Positions 1 through 13,217 are shown, numbered from the stretch's first letter. The stretch: 64,000 nt of DNA from Octopus vulgaris (GCA_951406725.2 OX597840.1:39122001-39186000), one strand, 5' to 3'. Notes: generated from the sequence alone by a model not told the origin. Program-made: numbers and translations.

Positions 1-144
1 GGACAATAGTAGTCCGAAAACACCACTCGATTGCAAACCCTTTCACTGTATATGTACATTTTAGCTCTTATTTCTAGCAATGTAGGCTTTTCTAACAACT
101 TAGTCACATATAGTGACAATATTTATATAGAGATTAACATAAGA

Positions 145-186
<42 letters not shown>

Positions 187-280
187 CTATAAGTATACGT
201 TTATATATATATATACATGTATAAGTATGCACATATATAAATAAATAACTAAATAAATATCTAAATATATATATAGATAC

Positions 281-321
<41 letters not shown>

Positions 322-532
322 GGTGTATAGCTAACTAGCCAGCTAACCCGCTAGTTACATCGATAGACAGTCAGATGGATAAAGAGATAGACGGATAGAT
401 TTGTAGGCCGATAGTCAGACAGACATACTGACAGACATAAAGTTAGACACTGAAAGACAAACATGTGCAACCTATTAGAATCAAACTTCTTACGTCAACA
501 GTAATACAAACACACACACGGACAAACACACA

Positions 533-588
<56 letters not shown>

Positions 589-846
589 CTTATATGTATG
601 TGTACATATAAATATATGAGAGTGTTTAGACATACATGTTAATATTTATACATGTATATATATATATGTATATATATGTATATATATTTATGTATTAGAT
701 ATTATTTTATATACATACATATATATATACACTTATATATATATATATATATTATATATTATATATATATATATATACGTGTATATATATATGTATGTAT
801 ATACATTAGATATTATATATATATATATATATACATATATATACAC

Positions 847-878
<32 letters not shown>

Positions 879-1730
879 GCATATATATTTAAAATGAAGT
901 TTACATCGAAATTATCAAGTAGGTTAGTTGAAGCTAAGCCCCAATGGGAACGTTGCCAACCAAGCATATCTCGCTGGTGTATTGTATTAGAGAATTAACG
1001 CCCCAGACTTTGCCAAACATTTCGATGACAGATTTGTATGAGATTTCTCCGTATTCAGAAGTAATGGATTTATCTATCTTCAATACACAGAAGTGTATTA
1101 TACAAGACAGATACGGCATGATAAGATTTACAAATGGTGGATAGTGAAAGTAGAATAACAAAAACTAAATAAAAAAATAATGGAAGTAGAATCAAATAAA
1201 CTTTCAAGTGCTGTGTCGATGTGTTTCGTAAAACAGCTCAAAGACATCGCGTCTACGTATCGAATTTAATTCCATGTGGGCGAACCATGCATTTGTTATT
1301 GTAGTCTTTGACGTAGTTGCTTCAGATGCTGTTTTCCGCCCTAGGTTAACCCCATTAAGAGGTCTTATCAAATGCGGAACAGTCGTAAGTACCTAATTCT
1401 GAGATTTAATAAGATATCTCATAGCTATGTAGTATTAGAGGATAAAGAATTTAAGATACCGTTTTTGTATTTGTTTTGTATGATTATCAGTGTGAAACAC
1501 GTCCGTTAGAATAAATTACGTTGTTGGTTGGGAGGGTCGTTATGCCAATTGTAACACACCAGCTGGTTCCATTTCTTTTCCACATGTCAAGTGATTAGCT
1601 ATTTTATCAAATTATTTATCGATTGCTCACATAATCTGTCGCTTGTGAAAGTGCAATAGTAGATATTCGTGACCATGTAATGACATGCCCTGACTCGTCC
1701 ATGTCTAATAAAAAGTTAAGGTACAACAGG

Positions 1731-1777
<47 letters not shown>

Positions 1778-1784
1778 ATATATA

Positions 1785-1970
1785 GGGAGAGTTTACGAAG
1801 ACAGGTGGTGTACAAAACAAACAGATGTATTAGTATAACGTTCAGGAATAGAAAAAGTCTTTTACGTTTCGAACCTACGCTCTTCTACAGAAAGGGACAC
1901 AGAAAAAACAAGGAGAGAAACAAAGAGAGAAAAAAATGCGTGTAGTGCCTAACGATCTATCATGGCGTCT
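1785..1970 (-). mobile_element. PLE-type terminal-repeat remnant (family A) carrying a variant HHR motif at ~1858-1894
   Basis: Abuts (TA)n; same sequence recurs at 33088-33263 and 40295-40515; minus strand reads CTTT-CTGTAGA-A-GAGCGTAGGTTC-GAAACGTA-AAAG. Confidence 0.6.
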
Positions 1971-2270
1971 CTCTGTCTCTCTCTATATATATAGATGCAG
2001 GTGTGGCTGTGATAAGTAAATGTTGGCTTATGAATACACGCAAGGTTTAATTTTTGATACATTTGCTGATACGACATGCGTTCACAAAGTATCCAACAGT
2101 TGATATTTTCCTCGCCAAAAATAATACCGCGTGAGCAAAACACTTTCTGTGACTCATGACGCAGGTGTCCTGCGCATGCCGCAAACTTCAGCAGCGTTAG
2201 ACAGCGTTAGATACCTACTACTACGCCTGCAATATATATATATATATATGTATGTATATATATATATATG

Positions 2271-2331
<61 letters not shown>

Positions 2332-2336
2332 TATAC

Positions 2337-2383
<47 letters not shown>

Positions 2384-2872
2384 CATACATATATATATAT
2401 ATATATAAATATGTATGTACGTGTGTGTGACTCTGTGTGTGTGTGTGTGTGTGTGTGTTAACATACACACACTGATACAGATATATGTATGCGTGTGTGA
2501 ATATATTTGTGGTGGAAAAGATAACATTTATGAATCTATAAAATTAGTTATTGATTTATACGGCATTACTAATAACGGACCAATTTTCCATTTTTTCTAA
2601 ATATAATCAATTATTTAGATAGTTATGCTAGAAGGCAATATATATTTTTAATTCTATCAATTCGTAGACATTACATTAAAAACAGGCTACATCCGGTAAT
2701 TTTATCTATTTTATTGTAAATAAAAATGTCATTGTATTATTTAAAACATAAAAACACGATCGATTATTTATATGTTTAATGATCTTAAAATATACATTTC
2801 CACTAACAGTTGTTGATAATTAATATAATCTAACATAATTTCTGGTTAAATGTCAAACATATATATTATATA

Positions 2873-3089
2873 GGCGCAATGGCCCAGTGGTTAGGGCAGC
2901 GGACTTGCGGTCGGAGGATCGCGGTTTCGATTCCCAGACCGGGCGTTGTGTGTGTTTATTGAGCGAAAACACCTAAAAGCTCCACGAGGCTCCGGCAGGG
3001 GATGGTGGTGATCCCTGCTGTACTCTTTCACCACTCTAAAAGGCGGTGCTCCAGCATGGCCGCAGTCAAAATGACTGAAACAAGTAAAA

Positions 3090-3105
<16 letters not shown>
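2873..3105 (+). mobile_element. tRNA-derived SINE, chimeric: Arg-like head and body joined to the 3' tail of the CORE-like family
   Basis: A box TGGCCCAGTGG and B box GGTTTCGATTCC; matches the 25264 SINE up to ~3035, then switches to AAGGCGGTGCTCCAGCATGGCCGCAGTCAAAATGACTGAAACAAGT plus poly(A). Confidence 0.8.
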
Positions 3106-3122
<17 letters not shown>

Positions 3123-3299
3123 GTGTGTATGTGTGTGTGTGTGTGTGTCTATATGTATGTGTGTGTGCGTGTTTGTGTTTAAAAACAACTCTTTGAAATT
3201 TATCTGCTGCTAATGATCTTTTACTTGTTTTAGAAATCAAACTGTTGCCGTGCTGGGCCGCGATCTTGTACAGTCTGGTCGACAGATCTACTCCAACAA

Positions 3300-3585
3300 A
3301 TGTTTGTTCCTTCTCCAGCCACACCTGGTTCATAAGGGCCGGTTTCCCGGTTTCCTTTGCGTATAGGTTCCCCACCTGGACGGGACGCCGGTCCGTCGCG
3401 GGTGAGCAGCAAGATGCAGGAGGAAAGAGTGACAGAAAGTTGTGGCGACAGAGTCAGCAGAAGTTCGCAATTACATTCTAGCGGAGCCGCGCGGAGCTTA
3501 CGTGTTTCACTCATAAACACACACATCGCCCGGTCTGAGATTTGAACCCGCGATCCCTCGACTGCGAGTCCGCTGCTCTGACCAC
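3300..3585 (-). mobile_element. tRNA-derived SINE (related head, different 3' part)
   Basis: Near-full-length match to 56237-56540; B-box-like GGTTCAAATCTC on the minus strand. Confidence 0.8.
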
Positions 3586-3656
3586 AAGGTGTTTTGGCTC
3601 ATATACACACCCATCGCCCGGTCTGAAACTCCCAAAATAACTATATATAAAGATAT

Positions 3657-3712
<56 letters not shown>

Positions 3713-4282
3713 ACACACAAACACACACATATATATATATGTCTGGGTTATAAGAAGTTTGCTTCTCAACCAGGTGCTTCCGCGTTCAGTACTTCTCTGA
3801 CGCACCCTAAGCAAGTGTCTTCTACTAAAGGCTTGATGGGACCAAAACCTAGTGAATGAATTTGGTAGACCGTCGTCTATGACGTTAAAATCCTGAAGAT
3901 GTTTTCAATATGTCGCTCTGTTTCTATTTACGCATATCTTACTGTTAAAGGGAGTAAGGTCAAAAAGTAAAAAAACTTTTTCATTTTCTCGAGCATCATA
4001 TTAATACACTTGCTAGTTGTTCATACACCTGTCTTCGTGTTGGCATTGGCTGTGCGGTAAGAAGCTTGGTTTCCAGTCACGTGGCATATTCGGCATGTGC
4101 CCTCTACTAAAGCGTTGTGAGTCATTTTCGTAGACAGAAACTGAAAGATGCCTTCACATATATATATATATATTTGCTTTAAGGAAATTTCATTCCCCAA
4201 TGACATTAGGCATTGAACCTGTGTTTCCTTCGATGTAACCGTCCCTCTACGAGGTTGACATGCATAAATAACTAAATACAAT

Positions 4283-4324
<42 letters not shown>

Positions 4325-4351
4325 GACAGATATATATACACACACACACAC

Positions 4352-4420
<69 letters not shown>

Positions 4421-4498
4421 TATGTTTGCATATCATGAAGCCAGTGATACCTGTGTATATTCAAAATCATTCTGTCAATACAAATATCCATTATTTAT

Positions 4499-4790
4499 AA
4501 AATCTAATTTATACCAATCTACTTCTAAGTACTGATAATGTCTTTCATTTAACTGTTACTAACAACACGACTGTAAACCTGCCTTATTAATATAGACTTC
4601 TGTAGACGTCTTAAAGATTTACATACAATCGGTTGTTGCGAGTGAAAATCTAATTTATACAAATGTATTTCTAAGTAGTAATAATTTCTTTCATTTGTCT
4701 GCTACTAACAACATCATTATAACCTGCTGTATTAATATAGCTGTAGAACGCTTACAGATTTGCGTAGAATCACTGGTAGCGAGTGAAAAA
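4499..4790. repeat. Diverged tandem duplication, ~146-bp unit x2
   Basis: AAAATCTAATTT(T)ATAC...GCGAGTGAAAA occurs twice with many substitutions. Confidence 0.75.
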
Positions 4791-5677
4791 TACACAACAT
4801 TGAGTGGAAATCGTATTGGAACGCATCAGGTTACAATTGGTATATGAAAGGATTAAATATAAGGAATATGCTAAATATTAACCTGTGCAGGTTAACTTTT
4901 CGCAAAACTAACATAAGCATTATTAAAACATGGCTTTTCACCACCCGTGCATGTTATTTAACTCGGCAAGTTGTCTTGAGAGATAAGCTAATGATTTGAT
5001 ATAATTTCATTTACTGTGATACATAAATCTAGTTCAGAAATGTTAGAAAATCCTTTCGAAAAAGGAGAAATTCACAGCGTGTTAGATTAGCAGATTTGAG
5101 CTTGCTGGATAGTTTTGAAAATATATCCTTTGGGATTATTTAAGGGATGGTAGCCCTTTTATATGATATATTTGTTTTATATTAAGAGTAGTAATTTTGA
5201 TTAAAATTTGCATCAACGAAGATAAACGTGATTATAACCAGCCAGTAATATAGCAGATTAAACTAAATAGTTTGATAATTACTATGGGTTAACATTAATA
5301 GGCAGCTGTCTCAATATAATTAACTCCGAATTATAGATCAAGGATTTCAACTTCACCAAAAGCCAACATATTCATGGTGTAATAAACTTCAGGAGATTTC
5401 GTCTCATCCGTAACAGGATTGATGAAATTAATTACGATTTTTCGGATTAGTAAAATGATATTAATTTCGAATATATATCATCGTGAGATTTAACATAGTA
5501 ATCTACCTTGTACAAAGCCGAAGGCGTTTTAAGGAAGATCTACAGTGCTTAAGATAAGGTAACGCTTCGACCAGTAATTAGTCAACAGAACAAACTATTA
5601 ACTGTCGGTGATTTTATCAATCAGTGGGAATGGGTTCGATTTCTAAGAATATTGTGCCTCATATTTTGCATACTAGC

Positions 5678-6143
5678 GTACCAGTTACGCACTGGGGTCG
5701 ATTTAATCGACTTAATCCGTTTGTCTGTCGTTGTTTGTCCTCTCTGTGTTTAGCCACTTGTGGGTAGTAAAGAAATAGGTATTTCGTCTGTCGTTACGTT
5801 CTGAGTTCAAATTCCGCCGAGGTCAACTTTTCCTTTCATCCTTTCGGGGTCGATTAAATAAGTACCAGTTACGCACTGGGGTCGATGTAATCGACTTAAT
5901 CCGTTTGTCTGTCGTTGTTTGTCCTCTCTGTGTTTAGCCACTTGTGGGTAGTAAAGAAATAGGTATTTCGTCTGCCGTTACGTTCTGAGTTCAAATTCCG
6001 CCGAGGTCGGCTTTGCCTTTCATCCTTTCGGGGTCGATTAAATAAGTACCAGTTACGCACAGGGGTTGATGTAATCGACTTAGTCCCTTTGTCTGCCCTT
6101 GTGTTTCCCCTCTATGTTTAGCCCCTTGTGGTCAATAAAGAAT
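5678..6143 (+). repeat. Tandem array (184-bp period, ~2.5 units) of a headless SINE body
   Basis: GTACCAGTTACGCAC at 5678, 5862 and 6046; the unit matches SINE copies at 23390-23570 and 55984-56220. Confidence 0.85.
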
Positions 6144-6754
6144 TAAACAGGCGGGAAATTATGGTTTTGCAACACGTGATAAACTCTTCTCATTGCCAGA
6201 GTGAAAGAAGGTGCAGAAAGTCTTCATTCTCTTAAATAATATCCGTCTCCTCTCTGCCCACTACCAAGGAGACTGGTATATCTTATATCACTTGAAGTTT
6301 TGCTGCAAGATAACTCGATGTGAACGTTCTTTCCGCAAATATATATATCCATGGATGCATTCGAACCACGACCACCGAATCACTTATTTCTATGATTTTT
6401 TTCATGTAATCAATGCATCGTTCTGGTCTGTTTTTTCTTTAAACGGTAATTTGTAATTTGCGTTGCGTATCTGTTTGCCCTTGGCTTATGTTCAACAATT
6501 CTCGACATATTCGTGATCAACAGAGACAACTAATATATGTAATAGAGCAAACTGCAATAAAGAGATTTTTTTTCTTCTATTTTATTTCTTTTAAATCTCG
6601 AAACAAACACCATTCGTTTTGTTGCGTATTTGAGTCTAGGTGTAATATCAGATTTATTTCACATGATTGCAATATTATCTCTGTACTTTGTTTCGTTTTT
6701 CTTTTTCCATTTCCATTTAAAGTTAACATATTGACTTGTTATATACGAAAATGC

Positions 6755-6791
<37 letters not shown>

Positions 6792-7015
6792 TTTTGTCGT
6801 TTATTTAGTATAATATTTTTTTCATAATCTATATTACATGAATGTGTGGCTGGGCTTGTTTCCGTATTACGGAAACTGAGATATTTTAAAAAGCAATTTA
6901 TCTCACGTTGACAGTAAATATGAAATAACAAACATTTTATATAAATAATGAGAAAAATTGACGGTTTGGTAAAATTTATTCCTAAACAACATATATATTC
7001 ACATGCATGTGTGCA

Positions 7016-7212
<197 letters not shown>

Positions 7213-7552
7213 ATGTCAATATGGAGTTAAGTAAGTGTGTGCTGTGGTTATAGCTTAATCAATGTTTTCATCTTCGTTTTCCTGTTAAGAAATTTCTTGA
7301 AAACAGAATAAATCAAAACGTTAATTTTTTTCAAGAATTTCATACACACCAATATACACGCGCGCACACATACTCACACATGTACATGCGTGTATGTTTG
7401 CAGACTAACATATGTTTGTCTGCGCGCGCGTTAGGTGAGTGCATGTATCCATATAAATACTGTAGTCTCTTCTTTGTCTTTCCAAGACTCTTCTAGTTGT
7501 CTACGTAAGCTTATGTCTAAAAAGTAATACTTTTGCCGTGTAACCTAGCTAG

Positions 7553-7638
7553 CTAGATAGATAGATAGAGAAAGAGAGTTAGTGAGTGAGAGATAGATAG
7601 ATAGATAGATACACAGATAGGTAGAAAGATAGATAGGT

Positions 7639-7704
<66 letters not shown>

Positions 7705-7705
7705 G

Positions 7706-7777
<72 letters not shown>

Positions 7778-7967
7778 CAGATAAGTTTCTTTATTGGCCA
7801 CACAGGGCTGCACACAGATGGGACAAGTTACAAGGTAGAGCTTTTCTTTTGGGGGATGAAGAGAACAAAAACAAAAGAAAAAAAAAATTGAATAAAATAA
7901 AAAGAATAAAAAGAAAAAAAAAAGAAAAGGAAAAGGAACAAAAGGAAAGAGAAATGAAAAAGAAGAC

Positions 7968-8050
<83 letters not shown>

Positions 8051-8058
8051 TAGCAGAC

Positions 8059-8121
<63 letters not shown>

Positions 8122-8122
8122 C
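7553..8122. repeat. Two (GATA)n tracts flanking a short unique/A-rich insert
   Basis: Direct inspection. Confidence 0.95.
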
Positions 8123-8265
8123 ATGCGCAACAGAAACTTCGTTCCACACTTTATATTCATTATTCATACAACATTCTTATTTTAAATGTACATGTCCATT
8201 GCTAAAATTGTAAATTGAGAAATTGGTGCATGGCGTAATTATCCATCTCCTACTCACATCTAGAT

Positions 8266-8336
<71 letters not shown>

Positions 8337-8586
8337 CTAAATCAACCAATGGTGAATCGAGAAATATATGACTGAAATTAACGCCGGTAATTAGCAATAA
8401 ATGACAACAAGAAATTTCTCTCTACAGCAATACCACAATCAATCTATCAACTATTTTTAGTTAATTAACTTTCTTTGACTTGATTAATTTGCCACTCTAA
8501 AGGTCACACTGTGACGGGGAGATATTAATTTAGCACCCTATTCTCAGGGGTTTCGGCATTAGGCAATTAAATTTTCTTTTTTCAAG

Positions 8587-8712
8587 GCCAGAGACATATT
8601 CATGGGAATTCTGCTCAGGTTTTCGGCGGATTTCTTAGAAAAGATGTGTGAAGTTCTGAAAGAGACGTTGCCAAGAGGAACTGGTGTGAATTGTGAATTA
8701 GAGTCAGTGGTT
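8587..8712 (+). other. Candidate internal exon (126 nt, open in phase 0)
   Basis: Acceptor TTTTCTTTTTTCAAG and donor GTT|GTAAGT; frame 0 gives ARDIFMGILLRFSADFLEKMCEVLKETLPRGTGVNCELESVV; no recognised homologue. Confidence 0.35.
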
Positions 8713-8722
8713 GTAAGTCTAC

Positions 8723-8800
<78 letters not shown>

Positions 8801-8845
8801 GCATAAATATATACATGCAAATAAATGAAGGTAAACTTATATATA

Positions 8846-8881
<36 letters not shown>

Positions 8882-8988
8882 GGTTTGGAGATGATGTACA
8901 GGTAGTTTATATTAGAACAAATATATATATATATTTAAACATATGAACATATACATAATTATATATACATACATGCATACACACACGC

Positions 8989-9052
<64 letters not shown>

Positions 9053-9140
9053 GCAAATAAACATACATGTGAAGATATTTATAAATATATATATAAATAT
9101 ATATGTACATGTATATATGTATATATATTTATATACATGA

Positions 9141-9227
<87 letters not shown>

Positions 9228-9959
9228 CGTATGTTATGATCATATTATGTCGGCATATATGCTGACGCACGAGTTTGGCACGATTGCTGTTAGTAGTGTC
9301 TTCTCAGCAAGGGTTTCCCTAACAAGAATAAAAGCTAATACATCTGCCTACGCAGATCCTCCAAAATTTGCGTTCTTCCGTTCGTTCTTCAATCTACGTA
9401 TTATTATCTTCCCACCCACATATGCACGTTAAGAGACATTAAGAGACATTCTTGCGTACATATGCGTCTCTGTTTAGAAGGGTCGCGTGAGTTTATATGC
9501 GTCCGCGTGCGTGTAGGTGTAGATATGTATGACCATCATCATTCAACGTCCGGCATAATGATGATGAATATGATAATGATGATGATGCTTATGATGATGA
9601 TGATGATGATGATGATGAAATTGTATACCACCACATAAAAACGGTGTGTGTGTGTGTATATATATATATATATGTACGTGTGTGCGTGTGTGAATGAGTG
9701 TGTGTGTATTCATATATGTGTGTGTGTATACATATAACTGTGTGTGTGTTTGTCTACGTGTGTGTGTATGTTTGTCTATTTGTGTGCGTGTTTGTCTATG
9801 TGTGTGTGTGTGTGAAAAGGTAATAGAAAATTATATGCATTTATGTACATGAACGTATGGCTGTACATATGTATGTATGTATGCATGTATGTATGTATGT
9901 ATATATGTATGTATGTATGTATGTACGTACACTTGTATGTATGTATGTATGTATGTATG

Positions 9960-9994
<35 letters not shown>

Positions 9995-10204
9995 AAGACC
10001 ATGCTTAAATACATTTAGTTTTATATGTTCGTTCAGGCGTCTCTATGTCATGAAATCGAACTTACACATAGAGCTATACCCGAAGATCATATTCTGTAAA
10101 TTATCAATTTGCATTGAATATACTGGCTCGGCTGCACGCATTCCAGAAGATTTCCACAGTCTATAACAACACACACACACATATATGTACATACGTACAT
10201 ATAT

Positions 10205-10276
<72 letters not shown>

Positions 10277-10653
10277 CAACGCATGTATGTGAGTTGGACA
10301 AAGATGCACGCTTATAAAAACCTACATATATTTACAACATTTCATACGGTGTATGCAACGAACGATATTCCATTGTATAAATGAACTAAATCTTCGTAAA
10401 TGGCAAATTTAAACATCATGGACCATATATTTCGGTGGAATTGTTCAGCCATGAATATCCGCATTCCATCAATGCTGATGACAAATGGCTGCTTCCCCGT
10501 TTTGAAAACTTGCAAATCTTTAATTATATGACAATGAGAAATCGGAACAGTAGCTATACGACTTTCATAACGATTCCGTTTCATTCGTTAATACTCACTT
10601 CAGACATCTCGTATCATAGGAGCCATATGTGCAACAGAATATACATATATACA

Positions 10654-10706
<53 letters not shown>

Positions 10707-10740
10707 GAAAGAATGGAGTTGAACGACGAATTAACAAAAT

Positions 10741-10837
10741 TCCTTTATTTTCGACATATTATTCGAAGGCTGCATATTCCTAATTTCGAAGGAATAAGGG
10801 GTGCATTATGCCGCCTTCTCATCAGGAAAAATAAGGA
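10741..10837 (-). ncRNA. Type I hammerhead ribozyme motif with long stems I and II, in a (TA)n-flanked remnant
   Basis: Minus strand: TCCTTATTTTTC-CTGATGA-GAAGGC...GCCTTC-GAAT-AATATGTC-GAAAATAAAGGA; GAAA altered to GAAT. Confidence 0.7.
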
Positions 10838-10866
10838 ACTTATGCCAATATCAAGATGCACAAATA

Positions 10867-10935
<69 letters not shown>

Positions 10936-10939
<4 letters not shown>

Positions 10940-11197
10940 TACATTAAAACACAAGAGAATACTACCCTTTAACAGGTAATTTTTACATGCTAGAAGAAGC
11001 AGCCAAAACGGCCAAAACCAAAATTTGATAGCAATTTTCGAAGGAAATGAAAAATAAAAACTTTTACCTTGTTATATTTTTTTTTGCGGTTATACCTAGA
11101 TTTCAAATTTCTTTAGCAAATAAGATTATCTGCTTGGCGAATTCTCATCAGTAACCAGCCTCAATGTGTGCAACAGAATACACTCACACACACACAT

Positions 11198-11229
<32 letters not shown>

Positions 11230-11330
11230 GTAAGTATGTGTGTATATTCTGTTGCACCTTTGGTTGCTTCTTCTAGCATGAAAAAATTACCTGTTAAAGG
11301 GTAGTATTCTCTTGTGTTTAATTGTACATT
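10936..11330. mobile_element. PLE-type terminal repeat (10936-11182) with an inverted partial copy (11243-11330)
   Basis: AAACACAAGAGAATACTACCCTTT...CATGCTAGAAGAAGCAGCCAAA recurs in reverse complement; contains the 11088 HHR; (TA)n on the left. Confidence 0.6.
11088..11156 (-). ncRNA. Type I hammerhead ribozyme motif with intact core
   Basis: Minus strand: GGTTA-CTGATGA-GAATTC..AGCAGATAA-TC-TTATTTGCT..GAAATTT-GAAA-TCTAG-GTA-TAACC; perfect 5-bp stem I, near-palindromic stem III, GUA cleavage triplet. Confidence 0.8.
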
Positions 11331-11426
11331 ATTTTAAAATAAGAATATATTTCTATTGACTATTTATGCACGCTATACCAATGGTGTTGATATTTCTAAC
11401 GAATAATCACTACCCTGTATATATAT

Positions 11427-11469
<43 letters not shown>

Positions 11470-11651
11470 GAGTGTATTTTTACCTTGTTAACAACACGGA
11501 AAAAATAAATAAATAGTTATCAGGGCAGCAAAAATCTCACAAGTAAAGGTGTTATAACTCCTTGTTTATAAAGGTGGAAACTTCGTGTTTACGTTGAATC
11601 TTTTGAATAATATGAACAAAAAAATGGAGTTAACGCAGATGTAATCAAATA

Positions 11652-11748
11652 TTTTTACTTTCAACACATGTTTCGAAACTTCCACTGATACTATTCAAAA
11701 GAATAAATGGTATAAACAATGCAATCTTCTCCTCAGGAAAGTGAAAAA
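11652..11748 (-). ncRNA. Type I hammerhead ribozyme motif with extended stem II
   Basis: Minus strand: TTTTCACTTTC-CTGAGGA-GAAGATTGC...GGAAGTTTC-GAAACATGT-GTT-GAAAGTAAAAA; stem I ACTTTC/GAAAGT. Confidence 0.75.
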
Positions 11749-11751
11749 AAC

Positions 11752-11786
<35 letters not shown>

Positions 11787-11920
11787 TTATATATGTATGT
11801 ATATGTGTATGTGTGCATATTTTAAAAGAAAAAAATACATAGCTTGATATTTCTCAGTAACAATGTTTTCAACGAGGTTTTGTATGTATGTATGTATGTA
11901 TGTATGTGTGTGTGTGTGAG

Positions 11921-11997
<77 letters not shown>

Positions 11998-12008
11998 GTA
12001 TGCATATA

Positions 12009-12059
<51 letters not shown>

Positions 12060-12734
12060 ACATGTATATTGATGTATTTATAAATTGATTTACACGGTCG
12101 TATTTGTTATCATGTATTGGTACATTGTACCATTAGGAATATTTGATTTGACATCTGCGTAATACAATTAGTGATATTGTGTAATAGGCTTCATAACTCC
12201 CAATTGAACCAGCAGTCAGGTGCAATGTGTGAGGAACTACCTGTCGATTGATCGACAGAATATCAACAGGTGAAATTGCTAATCTCAAGAGAACGTAAAG
12301 AATTGAAGGTGGGTGTGTCATCTAGCTGTCAATCAGAAGAAAATAATAGTGCAATATCTTGAGTATAAATGCATTTCGGAATACTGGGATGTATAAGATA
12401 TGATTAAACTAAGCAACCTCGACCGCAAAGCCAAGTAGAACCAGATGTTAGCCAAATATTGTAGATATTTGGCGCCGTACAAACATCTAACCCTGGCAAA
12501 ACATATTCAAACACGGTCGGCGACAGTATACGAGAGAAAGTCGTTTATTATGAATTATCAATTTAGAGCAGGTATTAGTTTTTTTTTATCATTCAATTAA
12601 TCGTGATGAGAGAAAAGATGGGCAAAGGATAAAGAAAAAAGAGGAAAAGAAATAAAGAAAGAAACAAGTTAAGCGATGCAGAGGGAAAGAAAATAGGGAG
12701 ATAAAAGAATAAATAGATTGGGAAGAAAATGGAA

Positions 12735-12955
12735 TTTGGTAGACGGAAACTGAACGAAGTCAATTGTATGTGTGTATGTTTGTGTCTTTCTCTCTGTGTT
12801 TGTCCTCCACAACCGCTTGACAACTGGTATTGGTTAGTTTCCGTCCTCATAAATTAGCGGTTCGTTAAAGGAGCTCGTACAAGGTTTAAAAAGAAAATAA
12901 GTGCTGGAGTAGATTAGTATGGTACCTCAGTCGAATGACTGAAACAAGTAATCGG
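12735..12955 (+). mobile_element. Degenerate CORE-like SINE fragment
   Basis: GAATTTGGTAGACGGAAACTGAA...GAATGACTGAAACAAGTAA resembles the copies at 31361 and 59043. Confidence 0.65.
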
Positions 12956-13217
12956 TAAACGAACACATACACACATAGAGACTATGTACCATAAATATCT
13001 GTATATTTATATGCATACTGTTATAGCAGCCGCGCAATATATGGCTCGAGGCGGTTTATCATTGCATAGGTATATGTAGAGTAGAATGACAGTAAAAACA
13101 ACCAAACAACTTGAATCGGTTTGAATCATGATATTTATAGATTTAAACATAATTAGTGACTTGTTACAATGGAATAGATCATAAGAAATGAGGAAACAAG
13201 AAAATGTTCAGATAGTG

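Noticed and set aside
944-1144. 66-aa ATG-initiated ORF in non-repetitive sequence
   Set aside because: No recognisable domain or splice context; this length is expected by chance
5395-5415. Minus-strand CGGATGAGACGAAATC mini-hammerhead
   Set aside because: Core mismatch and no real stem II or III
8587-8712. Resemblance of the peptide to the UTP20 segment ending TLVRGYQVHVL
   Set aside because: Recalled by eye only; the conserved RGYQ.H motif is absent and no other UTP20-like exons appear in 64 kb
10470-10525. Plus-strand CTGATGA...GAAA hammerhead candidate
   Set aside because: Stem II is plausible, but there is an extra A, a mismatched stem III and no stem I pairing
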